64,000 nucleotides of DNA from an uncultured delta proteobacterium (GTDB lineage: Bacteria > Desulfobacterota > Desulfomonilia > UBA1062): positions 64,001-128,000 of the forward strand of contig CAWCTR010000014.1 in assembly GCA_963798485.1 (NCBI GenBank), given 5' to 3'. A program made the translations under genes and the position numbers. The notes below the pieces were generated by a model, which ran no database searches, was not told where the DNA came from, and saw nothing but the letters and a program-made list of their open reading frames with translations. This document shows, piece by piece, positions 10,095 through 19,136 of the stretch. The stretch's first letter is position 1. Every line of letters begins with the position of its first letter.

Positions 10095-11348
10095 ATGGAA
10101 CACCGTATAGGGGTAATCGGACTTGGGTATGTGGGTCTGCCCCTAGCTGTTGAGTTCGGTAAAAAATACTCAACTGTGGGTTTTGATATTAATGAGACGA
10201 GGATATCCGAGCTCAAGGCATTCTCAGACAAGACCCTCGAAGTAACCAGCAACGAACTGCAGGCCTCAAACCTTTTGAACTTCACCACAAAATCTGAAGA
10301 CCTCAGGCCCTGTACGGTTTTTATCGTAACCGTGCCCACCCCCATTGACGTATCCAACAGGCCCGACATCTCCTTGCTGCTCAAGGCGAGCGAGACCGTG
10401 GGCAAGGTCATAAAGAAAGGCGACATCGTTGTCTATGAATCCACGGTCTATCCGGGCGCCACGGAAGACGACTGCGTGCCGGTCATTGAAAAGACATCAG
10501 GGCTGGTATTCAACCGCGACTTCTTCTGCGGATACAGCCCTGAGCGCATTAACCCGGGCGACAAGGCGCATCGTCTTACAAACATAACGAAGGTCACATC
10601 AGGGTCCACCCTTGAAGTCGCCAAGATTGTCGATGAACTCTATCGATCCATTATTACGGCAGGCACCCACCTCGCCCCATCCATCAAGGTGGCTGAGGCG
10701 GCCAAGGTCATTGAGAACGCCCAGCGAGACATCAATATCGCCTTTGTCAACGAACTGGCAATGATCTTCGCCCGAATGGACATCAAGACCGCTGACGTGC
10801 TCAAGGCGGCAGGGACAAAATGGAACTTTCTGCCGTTCTCTCCGGGACTGGTGGGAGGGCACTGTATAGGCGTAGATCCCTATTACCTGACCCATAAAGC
10901 CGAGAGCCTCGGGTACATACCCCAGGTGATCCTGGCCGGCCGCAGGATCAATGACGGTATGGGCAGGTATGTGGCCACCCAGCTCATCAAGATGATGATT
11001 AAGAAATGCCATCGCATCACAGACACGAAGATCCTGGTGCTCGGCATTACCTTCAAGGAGAATTGCCCTGACATCAGAAATTCAAGGGTCATTGATGTTA
11101 TCAGCCAGCTCAAGGACTTTGACTGTACGGTGGAAATATTCGATCCCGTGGCGGATCCTCATGAGGTAAGACACGAGTACGGCATCGATATCATATCCCG
11201 GCAAGACCAACTCACTTCATATGAGGGCATCATGGTGGCTGTGGCCCATGATGAATTCAAAACCCTTGACCTTGATAAGCTCAAGGCCAGGAACTGTGTG
11301 GTGTACGATGTGAAAAACATCTGCCCCAATGCAGAGGCAACGTTATAA
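10095..11348 (+). CDS. UDP-GlcNAc/GalNAc 6-dehydrogenase (TviB/WbpO/WecC family)
   Basis: [56 protein letters not shown] before ATG 10095. Confidence 0.92.
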   Translation: MEHRIGVIGLGYVGLPLAVEFGKKYSTVGFDINETRISELKAFSDKTLEVTSNELQASNLLNFTTKSEDLRPCTVFIVTVPTPIDVSNRPDISLLLKASETVGKVIKKGDIVVYESTVYPGATEDDCVPVIEKTSGLVFNRDFFCGYSPERINPGDKAHRLTNITKVTSGSTLEVAKIVDELYRSIITAGTHLAPSIKVAEAAKVIENAQRDINIAFVNELAMIFARMDIKTADVLKAAGTKWNFLPFSPGLVGGHCIGVDPYYLTHKAESLGYIPQVILAGRRINDGMGRYVATQLIKMMIKKCHRITDTKILVLGITFKENCPDIRNSRVIDVISQLKDFDCTVEIFDPVADPHEVRHEYGIDIISRQDQLTSYEGIMVAVAHDEFKTLDLDKLKARNCVVYDVKNICPNAEATL

Positions 11349-11387
11349 AGCTCATAAAAACACAATCGAGGAGGAACGTATTACGCT

Positions 11388-11855
11388 ATGAACAATATCT
11401 GGGCGCCATGGAGGATTGAATATATAACTTCACCAAAGGACCTCTCGTGCGTCTTCTGCACTGCCCCTGAGGCAAAAGACAAGCTCATTCTTACTTCAGG
11501 CAGGCTCTGCTTTGCCATCATGAACCGCTTCCCGTATACCGCAGGTCACTGTATAGTCGCCCCCTACAGGCATGTTGCGGATCTTACCGAACTGGGCACT
11601 GAAGGGCTTTGCGAGATCATGACAATGACACAGTCGATCCTTACCGCAATGAAGTCTGCCTTGAAGCCCGAAGGGTTCAATGTCGGGTTCAACCTGGGCG
11701 ACGTCGCCGGCGCCGGGATTGCAGACCACCTGCACATGCACATCGTGCCCCGTTGGAAGGGTGACACCAACTTCATGCCGGTCCTGGGTGACACGCATAT
11801 AATCTCAGAACACATCGACAACACCCGGGACAAAATTATGAGGAACCTCCCTTGA
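11388..11855 (+). CDS. HIT-family hydrolase (Ap4A phosphorylase-like)
   Basis: WAPWR, CVFC, HLHMHIVPRW. Confidence 0.93.
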   Translation: MNNIWAPWRIEYITSPKDLSCVFCTAPEAKDKLILTSGRLCFAIMNRFPYTAGHCIVAPYRHVADLTELGTEGLCEIMTMTQSILTAMKSALKPEGFNVGFNLGDVAGAGIADHLHMHIVPRWKGDTNFMPVLGDTHIISEHIDNTRDKIMRNLP

Positions 11856-12181
11856 GATACCTTAAGGCAGCCATCTTTTTTATCCTTGCAGTTGCCGGTA
11901 TCCTTTTTGGTATATCCAACCAGGATAGCGCCACGGTACATGTCTTCTGGTACTACTCAAGATCCTACCCCTTGTATCTCGTCCTCTTTGCCTGTTTCCT
12001 TGCAGGGACCATAACAGCAATCCTCTATGCTTTCATGTCGGGAGGCGACCTGAAAAATGAGGAGCGCCGCCTGAACAAGCGTCTGGAGGATCTCAATGGC
12101 AGGATTGTTCAGGCCCAGGCCGCAAGAAGATCCCTCACCCCGCCGGGGGGTACTGATGGACCATCCGGAACCACCCCATAA
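11852..12181 (+). CDS. LapA-family (DUF1049) membrane protein
   Basis: Two TM segments, SNQ..ATV, PLYLVLF..FLAG, C-terminal coiled coil. TTG start overlaps the HIT stop. Confidence 0.75.
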   Translation: MRYLKAAIFFILAVAGILFGISNQDSATVHVFWYYSRSYPLYLVLFACFLAGTITAILYAFMSGGDLKNEERRLNKRLEDLNGRIVQAQAARRSLTPPGGTDGPSGTTP

Positions 12182-13073
12182 CCCGCTACCCCGGCTGCCC
12201 GGGTGGCTGAAAAAAAACAGAGACCTCTCTACGCTGCACCACCTGAAGGCAAAATTCCGGCACTCCGGGCTCTCCACGGTGTGTGAAGAGGCAAGGTGCC
12301 CCAATATCTGTGAATGTTTCCATGAACCCACTGCAACATTCCTCATCCTCGGGGATGTGTGCACCCGTTGTTGTTCCTTCTGTTCGATTCGCAAGGGAAC
12401 CCCGGCTCCCGTAGACCGCAATGAACCTTTCCTTGTCGCACAGACTGCAGAAGAAATGGGGTTGGGACATGTAGTCATCACCTCGGTCACTCGAGATGAC
12501 TTGCCGGACAAGGGCGCTTACGGATTTACTTCGACTATCCGGGCCATCAGGGATCTCATACCTGCATGCGCTATTGAAATACTCTCCCCTGACTTTTCCG
12601 GCAGGCAGGACCTGCTGGAGATCGTTCTGGGCGAGAAACCCGATGTGTTCGGCCATAATGTTGAGATGCCGGAGAGGCTCTATCCTTCAATCAGGCCATG
12701 CTCAAGCCTGACAAGGAGCCTTGATGTGCTCAGGGTTATCAAAAAAATCTCTCCGGAGACAATAGTCAAATCTGGGTTCATGGTAGGACTCGGCGAGTCT
12801 GAATCGGAGATAAAGGATCTTCTGGGGTCTCTAGCTGATGCCCGGTGTGATGTGGTGACCATCGGCCAGTACCTGAGACCCACCAGGTTACAGATACCGG
12901 TCGCTCGCTACTGGGAACCTGATTTTTTTACAAGCTGGTCCAATCTTGCGAAATCACTTGGTATAGGCTATTGTATTGCAGGACCGTTTGTGAGGAGCTC
13001 CTACCGCGCCAAGGAGGTCCTTAAAGATATACGATATTCACAGCACAATATGTGTAAGGATAAGAGTGAGTAA
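12156..13073 (+). CDS. lipA: Lipoyl synthase
   Basis: CEEARCPNICEC, CTRCCSFC, TIGQYL, RSSY. Confidence 0.96.
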   Translation: MDHPEPPHNPLPRLPGWLKKNRDLSTLHHLKAKFRHSGLSTVCEEARCPNICECFHEPTATFLILGDVCTRCCSFCSIRKGTPAPVDRNEPFLVAQTAEEMGLGHVVITSVTRDDLPDKGAYGFTSTIRAIRDLIPACAIEILSPDFSGRQDLLEIVLGEKPDVFGHNVEMPERLYPSIRPCSSLTRSLDVLRVIKKISPETIVKSGFMVGLGESESEIKDLLGSLADARCDVVTIGQYLRPTRLQIPVARYWEPDFFTSWSNLAKSLGIGYCIAGPFVRSSYRAKEVLKDIRYSQHNMCKDKSE

Positions 13074-13083
13074 AGGAGAACAC

Positions 13084-14409
13084 ATGGATACGATTCAGAT
13101 CGGGCTCATCGGCTTAGGCACCATCGGAACCGGGGTCGCCAAGACTTTGCTGGAGAACAAGGCGCTTCTGGAGGACCGGCTCGGTTTCTCTTTAACCCTG
13201 AAAGGGATTGCCGACATCGATATAACCAAAGACCGTGGTATCAGCATCCCTACAGGGCTGCTCACCACAGATGCCAATAAGCTCATCGATGACCCTGAGA
13301 TCGACATCATTATCGAGCTCATCGGTGGGATTGAGACTGCAAAGACCTTCATACTGAAAGCCCTGAAGAGGGGAAAGCATGTAGTGACCGCCAACAAGGC
13401 GCTTCTTGCATCCCATGGCAAAGAACTGTTCGACGCCGCCCAGACATATGGGAAAGACCTCTACTATGAGGCCGCAGTAGGCGGAGGAATACCCATCATC
13501 AAAACCCTGCGTGAGGCCTTTATCGCAAACAACTACACCTTTATTTACGGGATATTAAACGGTACTTGCAACTACATCCTCACCGAGATGGGTGAGAAAG
13601 GCTCATCCTTCCAGAAGGCATTGGCCCAGGCCTCAAAGCTTGGTTATGCAGAGGCCGACCCTACCTTGGATATAGAAGGCATCGATGCAGCACATAAGCT
13701 CGCACTGGTAACCAGCCTCGCCTATGGCGTACCGCCTGACATGCATGGTGTATATGTTGAGGGGATAAGCAACCTTGACAAACTCGATGTAACCTTTGCC
13801 CGGGACCTGGGCTATAAGGTAAAGCTGCTGGCCTTGGCCATTGACAGGGGCGACAAGGTTGAGGCCCGTGTACATCCGACGCTTGTTCCCCTGAATTACC
13901 TTTTGTCCAAGGTCGACGGCGTATTCAACGCCTTTTATGTGCGGGGAGACATTGTAGACTCCACCCTCTTTTACGGTAGGGGAGCAGGGATGATGCCCAC
14001 AGCCTCGGCCGTAGTGAGCGACCTTGCAGATATCGGGAGAAATATTCGTGCAGGCATCGCAGGCCGGATCCCCCACCTGGGATATCGCAAGGACATTTCG
14101 AATCCTAAAAAGTACATGCCCATCGACGACATCCAAACAAATTATTACCTGAGGATAAATGCCTCGGACAAACCGGGCGTGCTGGCAAAGATAGCGGGCA
14201 TCTTGGGAGAGCGTGACATCAGCATTGTCTCTGTAATCCAGAAGGCGGGTGAAGATAAGGATTTCACACCCGTTGTCTTGCTGACGCACGAGGCAAAGGA
14301 ATCGAATGTAAGGAAGGCCATTATAACTATATCCGCCCTTAAAGAGGTAAAAGGGACCCCTGTGGTGATCCGTGTAGAGGACAGGAAGCTGAAGAACAGA
14401 CCTGCATAA
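13084..14409 (+). CDS. hom: Homoserine dehydrogenase with ACT domain
   Basis: GLGTIGTG, VVTANK, EAAVGGGIP, NGTCNYIL, GYAEADPT, C-terminal DKPGVLA. SD AAGGAG. Confidence 0.96.
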   Translation: MDTIQIGLIGLGTIGTGVAKTLLENKALLEDRLGFSLTLKGIADIDITKDRGISIPTGLLTTDANKLIDDPEIDIIIELIGGIETAKTFILKALKRGKHVVTANKALLASHGKELFDAAQTYGKDLYYEAAVGGGIPIIKTLREAFIANNYTFIYGILNGTCNYILTEMGEKGSSFQKALAQASKLGYAEADPTLDIEGIDAAHKLALVTSLAYGVPPDMHGVYVEGISNLDKLDVTFARDLGYKVKLLALAIDRGDKVEARVHPTLVPLNYLLSKVDGVFNAFYVRGDIVDSTLFYGRGAGMMPTASAVVSDLADIGRNIRAGIAGRIPHLGYRKDISNPKKYMPIDDIQTNYYLRINASDKPGVLAKIAGILGERDISIVSVIQKAGEDKDFTPVVLLTHEAKESNVRKAIITISALKEVKGTPVVIRVEDRKLKNRPA

Positions 14410-14486
14410 TGAGTACCCTCTAAGCATTTCAACATAACTAGTGGTACTATTTTTAATGGTAACTGCACAAAAGGAGACTGAAAGAC

Positions 14487-15689
14487 TTGAAATACATTAT
14501 CCTGCTCGGCGATGGAATGGCTGATGAGCCTTTGGCAGAGCTTGACGCCAGGACCCCGCTTGAAGTCGCCCAAACACCCTACATGGACTCCCTTGCCTCC
14601 CAGGGAGAATTGGGCTTGGTATGCACCGTAAAAAAGGGTTTCCCTCCGGGTAGTGATGTGGCGAACATGACAGTGCTGGGTCTGGATCCGTCCCAATACT
14701 ACACAGGCCGGGCTCCTATCGAGGCCGTGAGTATGGGCGTTGATCTTGCCCCTACAGATACAGCCTTCAGAATCAATCTCGTAACGATCACGCCAAAAGA
14801 TGGCCACCTGATTATGGAGGACTACTGTTCGGACCACATAACCACCGATGAGGCCCGTGAACTCATCGTGAATCTCTCCGGAATCGCGGCCGACAATCCT
14901 GCAATAGCCATGTATCCGGGCATCGAGTACCGGCACCTCATGGTCATTCACGGTTATCACATGCCCGACTTGAGGACTACGCCGCCTCATGATATCACCG
15001 GTGAGCGTATAGATCGGTTTCTCCCCAATGATCCTATGCTGGTCGATATCATCAAAAAATCCATGGTATTTCTGAAAGACCAGCCCATTAATGCAAAAAG
15101 AAAGAAAATGGGTAAACGTCAGGCCACATCACTGTGGCCCTGGGGTGAAGGAAAGGCCATGCAGGTCCCTACCCTCCAGAAAGAATACACCATATCCGGG
15201 GCCATGATCTCTGCTGTGGATCTTCTCAAAGGGCTTGGGAGGCTCAGGGGCATGGAGGTGATCAACGTGCCTGGCGCCACAGGCTGGATCGACACCAACT
15301 ACCTTGGCAAGGCTGAGGCTGCCATAGATGCGCTGAATCGCCATGATTTCGTTTATGTCCATGTAGAGGCCCCGGACGAAGCCGGACACGGGGGACATTT
15401 AAAAGAGAAGATTAAGGCCATCGAGGATTTTGATTCCAAGATCGTTGGGCACATACTTGACAGACTGAATACGGGCAACTCTTCCTTCAGGCTCCTGGTC
15501 CTTCCTGACCACCCAACCCCCATATGCAAGAAAACCCATACATCCGACCCGGTGCCTTATGTGCTCTATGACAGTACCCATGGAACAAATACAAAGCGTT
15601 GTTTCACAGAGAATACTGCCGGCAGCACCGGTGTCTTTATAGAGGAAGGTCATACCTTGCTGAAGAGGCTCTTGAAATCCTTTCAATGA
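14487..15689 (+). CDS. apgM: Cofactor-independent phosphoglycerate mutase, ApgM type
   Basis: GDGMAD, PGSDVAN, HVEAPDEAGH, PDHPTP..THT. TTG start with SD AAGGAG. Typical neighbour of hom. Confidence 0.9.
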   Translation: MKYIILLGDGMADEPLAELDARTPLEVAQTPYMDSLASQGELGLVCTVKKGFPPGSDVANMTVLGLDPSQYYTGRAPIEAVSMGVDLAPTDTAFRINLVTITPKDGHLIMEDYCSDHITTDEARELIVNLSGIAADNPAIAMYPGIEYRHLMVIHGYHMPDLRTTPPHDITGERIDRFLPNDPMLVDIIKKSMVFLKDQPINAKRKKMGKRQATSLWPWGEGKAMQVPTLQKEYTISGAMISAVDLLKGLGRLRGMEVINVPGATGWIDTNYLGKAEAAIDALNRHDFVYVHVEAPDEAGHGGHLKEKIKAIEDFDSKIVGHILDRLNTGNSSFRLLVLPDHPTPICKKTHTSDPVPYVLYDSTHGTNTKRCFTENTAGSTGVFIEEGHTLLKRLLKSFQ

Positions 15690-15742
15690 CCCTGCTTATT
15701 TTCCGGAGTTTTTGCGTAGAAAGGAATGTTCAGATCGCTTCA

Positions 15743-16642
15743 CTAATTCCTTTTAAATGCCGTCATAAAGCTGCCCTGTCTCTCGATCTCAATATCGAGC
15801 TGGGACATAAGTGATACGATGTCTTCAGTAGAAAAGTGATGCCTGCGTTCCTGTATTATCGGCAAAATATCCCGGTCAACAGTAATGAAGTGTCTGTCCT
15901 TCAATGGCGTTATCCCCTTGGCGGTGCACAAAACGTCAGCCAGATGCACACATATGGTGAAGATGGGATCGACATCTGACAGCACCGGGGTATGATGATG
16001 AGCAACCGTATTCACTACATCAGGAGGAAACATCCATGAATTGAGTAAAATTTGCCCGACTTCTGCATGGGTAATTCCGAAAATTCTCTTCTCAACTGCA
16101 TGATAGCTATAATTGTTGCCATCTTCCTCAATGGCATCAAGAAGCCTGCTAAAGGTATCGGCCATATACTGAGATATGAATATTTTTCCCACATCATGGA
16201 GAAGCCCTCCAACAAAGTACTTACCATCTATCTTCAGATTCAGGTACTGGGCGATCATCCTGGTGCCGACTCCAACAGAAAAGCTGTGCCTCCACAACTG
16301 TTCCGAAAACTCAGACCCTTTCCTGTTAAACATCTGGAGCACAGACATGCCCAGGGCAATATTCTGGATCTCTTTGAATCCGAGGACAACGACAGCATGA
16401 GATATAGTGGAGATCTTCTTCACAAACCCATAGTATGCCGAATTCGCCACGGTAAGAATCCTTGCCGTAAGGGCGGGATCGCTCTCGATGATATTGGTAA
16501 GGTCTGAAGCGGATGAGTTTTTCCTGGAGATCACATCCATGATCTCATTGATAATGCTGGGCAGGGTGAGAATGTCCGGGGCCCTGTCCAGAATCTCCAT
16601 GATGCGTTCCCGTTCAGTGTCGGGATTAATGTTCCCTTCCAC
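15743..16642 (-). CDS. HDOD-domain signalling protein
   Basis: TLP, DPALTARIL..ANSAYYG, LWRHS, GLLHDVGK, HAEVG..LL.SW.FP, HHH. Confidence 0.92.
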   Translation of the reverse strand: MEGNINPDTERERIMEILDRAPDILTLPSIINEIMDVISRKNSSASDLTNIIESDPALTARILTVANSAYYGFVKKISTISHAVVVLGFKEIQNIALGMSVLQMFNRKGSEFSEQLWRHSFSVGVGTRMIAQYLNLKIDGKYFVGGLLHDVGKIFISQYMADTFSRLLDAIEEDGNNYSYHAVEKRIFGITHAEVGQILLNSWMFPPDVVNTVAHHHTPVLSDVDPIFTICVHLADVLCTAKGITPLKDRHFITVDRDILPIIQERRHHFSTEDIVSLMSQLDIEIERQGSFMTAFKRN

Positions 16643-16649
16643 ATTAAAT

Positions 16650-16677
16650 CAGTCGGTAAAATGGGTATGTTTCTTAA
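16650..16677 (-). promoter_or_regulatory. Sigma-28-like promoter candidate for the leftward HDOD gene
   Basis: Minus strand TTAA-N16-ACCGACTG, 7 nt before the GTG start. Confidence 0.35.
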
Positions 16678-16698
16678 TTGTTACTCGTTAATTATCCT

Positions 16699-16726
16699 TA
16701 AAGAGCCGTTTCTCATATCCCGATAA
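16699..16726 (+). promoter_or_regulatory. Sigma-28-like promoter for the rightward HDOD gene
   Basis: TAAA-N16-CCCGATAA, 8 nt before ATG 16735. Confidence 0.55.
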
Positions 16727-16734
16727 GATCTTTG

Positions 16735-17784
16735 ATGGATATTCATGTTTTTTTATGGTCTCTAATAATCGTCTCTGTGTGCATTGGGGCCTATATTGCC
16801 TTCACCAGCATAAGGACCGAAAAGAAGAAACCAATCCTTAAAAAATCGCCGGCCCGTTATGTCACAGTCCCATCTGATGAGGCTATCCATACATTTCATG
16901 ATGCATATAATCTGGAATGGAAACCTCTTCGTGACGAAAATCGACAGATACCTCCGCAGATTCAAGAAATAGTCAACAAGATCGAAAATATTTCTCCTCT
17001 CATTACGGAACTATCATCCAAGCTTAATGATCCTGATATAGACCCAAAGCAAATCAGCAAGATAATTATTCAGGACCAGGGACTCACCTCTTTTATCCTG
17101 AAGCGGGTGAATTCGCCCTATTATGGACTCCTGCAGAAGGTGGACAACATCTACAACGCTATTGTCATCCTCGGTTATAACGAGATCTACCGGATTGTTA
17201 TGGAAGAAAGGACCCACAAGATCGGTATTAAACCGGACAAGGTAGAATGGGTACATGCGAATCTGACATCAAGCATTGCTGCTTACCTTGCCAGCGCCAG
17301 CCGGCTTGGCGTGCAAGGCGGAACAATGGTTACCCTTGGCATGCTCCATGATATTGCACGAACCATCATGATACAGTCTCTTGCTCCTCCTCCCAATGCG
17401 TTATCGGTAGATCCTAGGCAAAGGCTGAAACAGGAGATTGATCATTTCGGGGTCGATCATGCAACACTTGGGGCTGTCCTTGCCAAACGCTGGGGCATGC
17501 CTCCTCGTCTTGTCTCGTGTATTGAGCGGCATCACTGGCCCATGTTCTGGCCCTTACGAGAGATAGGCCAATCCTGTAACGATATTCTCAAGGAACTATC
17601 AATCTTAACCATATCCGACATTGCGGCCAAGAACTTCACCCAAGAGATAAAGGGCCCCTATATCGGCGATGACTATTACCGTTATATCAACAGGCAACCC
17701 AAAATGGAGAGTATCCTCGTCCCTGAAATCACAAGAGATCTGAGGCGGATCCACAGGGTCATGCTTGATCCTGAACAACTCTAG
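16735..17784 (+). CDS. Membrane-anchored HDOD-domain protein
   Basis: N-terminal TM, DQGLTSFILKRVNSPYYG, GMLHDIA, HATLG..LA.RW.MP, HH. Confidence 0.88.
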   Translation: MDIHVFLWSLIIVSVCIGAYIAFTSIRTEKKKPILKKSPARYVTVPSDEAIHTFHDAYNLEWKPLRDENRQIPPQIQEIVNKIENISPLITELSSKLNDPDIDPKQISKIIIQDQGLTSFILKRVNSPYYGLLQKVDNIYNAIVILGYNEIYRIVMEERTHKIGIKPDKVEWVHANLTSSIAAYLASASRLGVQGGTMVTLGMLHDIARTIMIQSLAPPPNALSVDPRQRLKQEIDHFGVDHATLGAVLAKRWGMPPRLVSCIERHHWPMFWPLREIGQSCNDILKELSILTISDIAAKNFTQEIKGPYIGDDYYRYINRQPKMESILVPEITRDLRRIHRVMLDPEQL

Positions 17785-17855
17785 ATATTACAAGTGGTGG
17801 GGGTATGTGAAGTATAAAGGCAACAATCCACGATCACTTTGTGCCTGTGCCCCTT

Positions 17856-17880
17856 TACCTTTGGGGATTCCCCGAAGGTA
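17856..17880. terminator. Hairpin between convergent genes
   Basis: TACCTTTGGGG-ATT-CCCCGAAGGTA inverted repeat; U-tracts are weak. Confidence 0.5.
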
Positions 17881-17895
17881 TGTTATAGGGCTTAC

Positions 17896-18162
17896 TCAGC
17901 TGATAACTTTTGATACTCGTTGAGAATTAAGGCTGTACAGTCCTGAAGAGACGTTTTCAATGCCCTTGGTCACATTAGAGAGAATCTTTTTTGCCTCTTC
18001 AACATTTTCTACTCGGGACCCTGATGCCTGTTTGTTTTCAACTGACACAATATCTGCAATCCGGTCCTGGGATTGTACATCTTGTGTCTTCTTCTTGTAT
18101 TCAGAGTCTTTCTCTTTCGTTATAAGATTGATTACATTCCCCAATTCAGGATTGACCTTCAT
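17896..18162 (-). CDS. Small protein (88 aa) with a flagellin C-terminal/FlgM-like segment
   Basis: SD AGGGG(A) and a sigma-28 promoter. ENKQASGSRVENVEEA resembles the flagellin ENxxAAxSRIxDxDxA motif. Confidence 0.7.
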   Translation of the reverse strand: MKVNPELGNVINLITKEKDSEYKKKTQDVQSQDRIADIVSVENKQASGSRVENVEEAKKILSNVTKGIENVSSGLYSLNSQRVSKVIS

Positions 18163-18194
18163 GGCGGTCCCCTTTCAAGTGTTCTCCCTTTAAC

Positions 18195-18221
18195 TTATCG
18201 GTGGTCATTCACAATACTTTA
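18195..18221 (-). promoter_or_regulatory. Sigma-28 (FliA) promoter
   Basis: Minus strand TAAA-GTATTGTGAATGACC(15)-ACCGATAA; one mismatch to TAAA-N15-GCCGATAA. Confidence 0.75.
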
Positions 18222-19049
18222 CTCTTTTTTTAGATTGATAAGCATTTTATATAATTCATTCCTGCCGATACCTGTCTCCTGGGAGAGCACATGGAGGACA
18301 TCCTTCCTGGAATGACCCAATCCCAACAGAGATATCGCACGGTCCTTTATTGACTCATGATCAAGGGTATCACTATTGGGTGCACCGCTGACAATTACTG
18401 TCACCTCTCCCTTGATCTCATGGTCTTCAAGTCGGGAAATCAACTCATCGGCGGTACCTCTGATATATTCCTCATGGATCTTGGTAAGCTCTCTTGCCAC
18501 GCATAATGTCCGCTCAGGCATAAATCCCTTGATCAATTTCATCAAGGACAGTAGCCTCCGTGGTGACTCATAGCAGATGGTCACATCGGTCGATGCCTTC
18601 ATCCTTAAGAGCTCTTTTTCAGTTAAGTCTTTCTGCCTGGGGAAAAAACCGATGAAACGAAAAGGGGCCTCAAAGCCTGATGCTGATAATGCGGTAATAC
18701 AGGCACACGGTCCCGGTAAGGCTTCCACCCTGCCCCCTTTGGCACGTACTTGTGCTACAAGCCTGGATCCAGGGTCTGAAATGGTAGGTGTGCCTGCATC
18801 ACTCACCAGCGCAATATTCTTTCCCCTATCAAGTTGATCGAGGATATAAGCAGTCTTCCTTGCCTCACTGAAACGTTCGCAACTTACAAGAGTCTTATTA
18901 ATTCCATAATGGGTTAAAAGCTTTTTCGTGTGCCTGGTGTCCTCGCAGAGGATTAGATCCACCTTTTCAAGAATATCGATGGCCCTCAACGTTATGTCCT
19001 TGAGATTACCAATGGGTGTAGGGACGAGATACAGAGTCGATTTATCCAT
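18219..19049 (-). CDS. rsmI: 16S rRNA C1402 2'-O-methyltransferase
   Basis: LYLVPTPIGNLKDITLRA, EDTR, SDAGTPTISDPG, YESPRR, RELTKIHEE. Confidence 0.97.
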   Translation of the reverse strand: MDKSTLYLVPTPIGNLKDITLRAIDILEKVDLILCEDTRHTKKLLTHYGINKTLVSCERFSEARKTAYILDQLDRGKNIALVSDAGTPTISDPGSRLVAQVRAKGGRVEALPGPCACITALSASGFEAPFRFIGFFPRQKDLTEKELLRMKASTDVTICYESPRRLLSLMKLIKGFMPERTLCVARELTKIHEEYIRGTADELISRLEDHEIKGEVTVIVSGAPNSDTLDHESIKDRAISLLGLGHSRKDVLHVLSQETGIGRNELYKMLINLKKE

Positions 19050-19136
19050 AAACTTTTAATACTTTCTCCTTTTTACCAATGCCTGTCTTATGGTATATAT
19101 GTTTTTTACCGCTAAGGGAAGAAAGAGACCTCTGAA

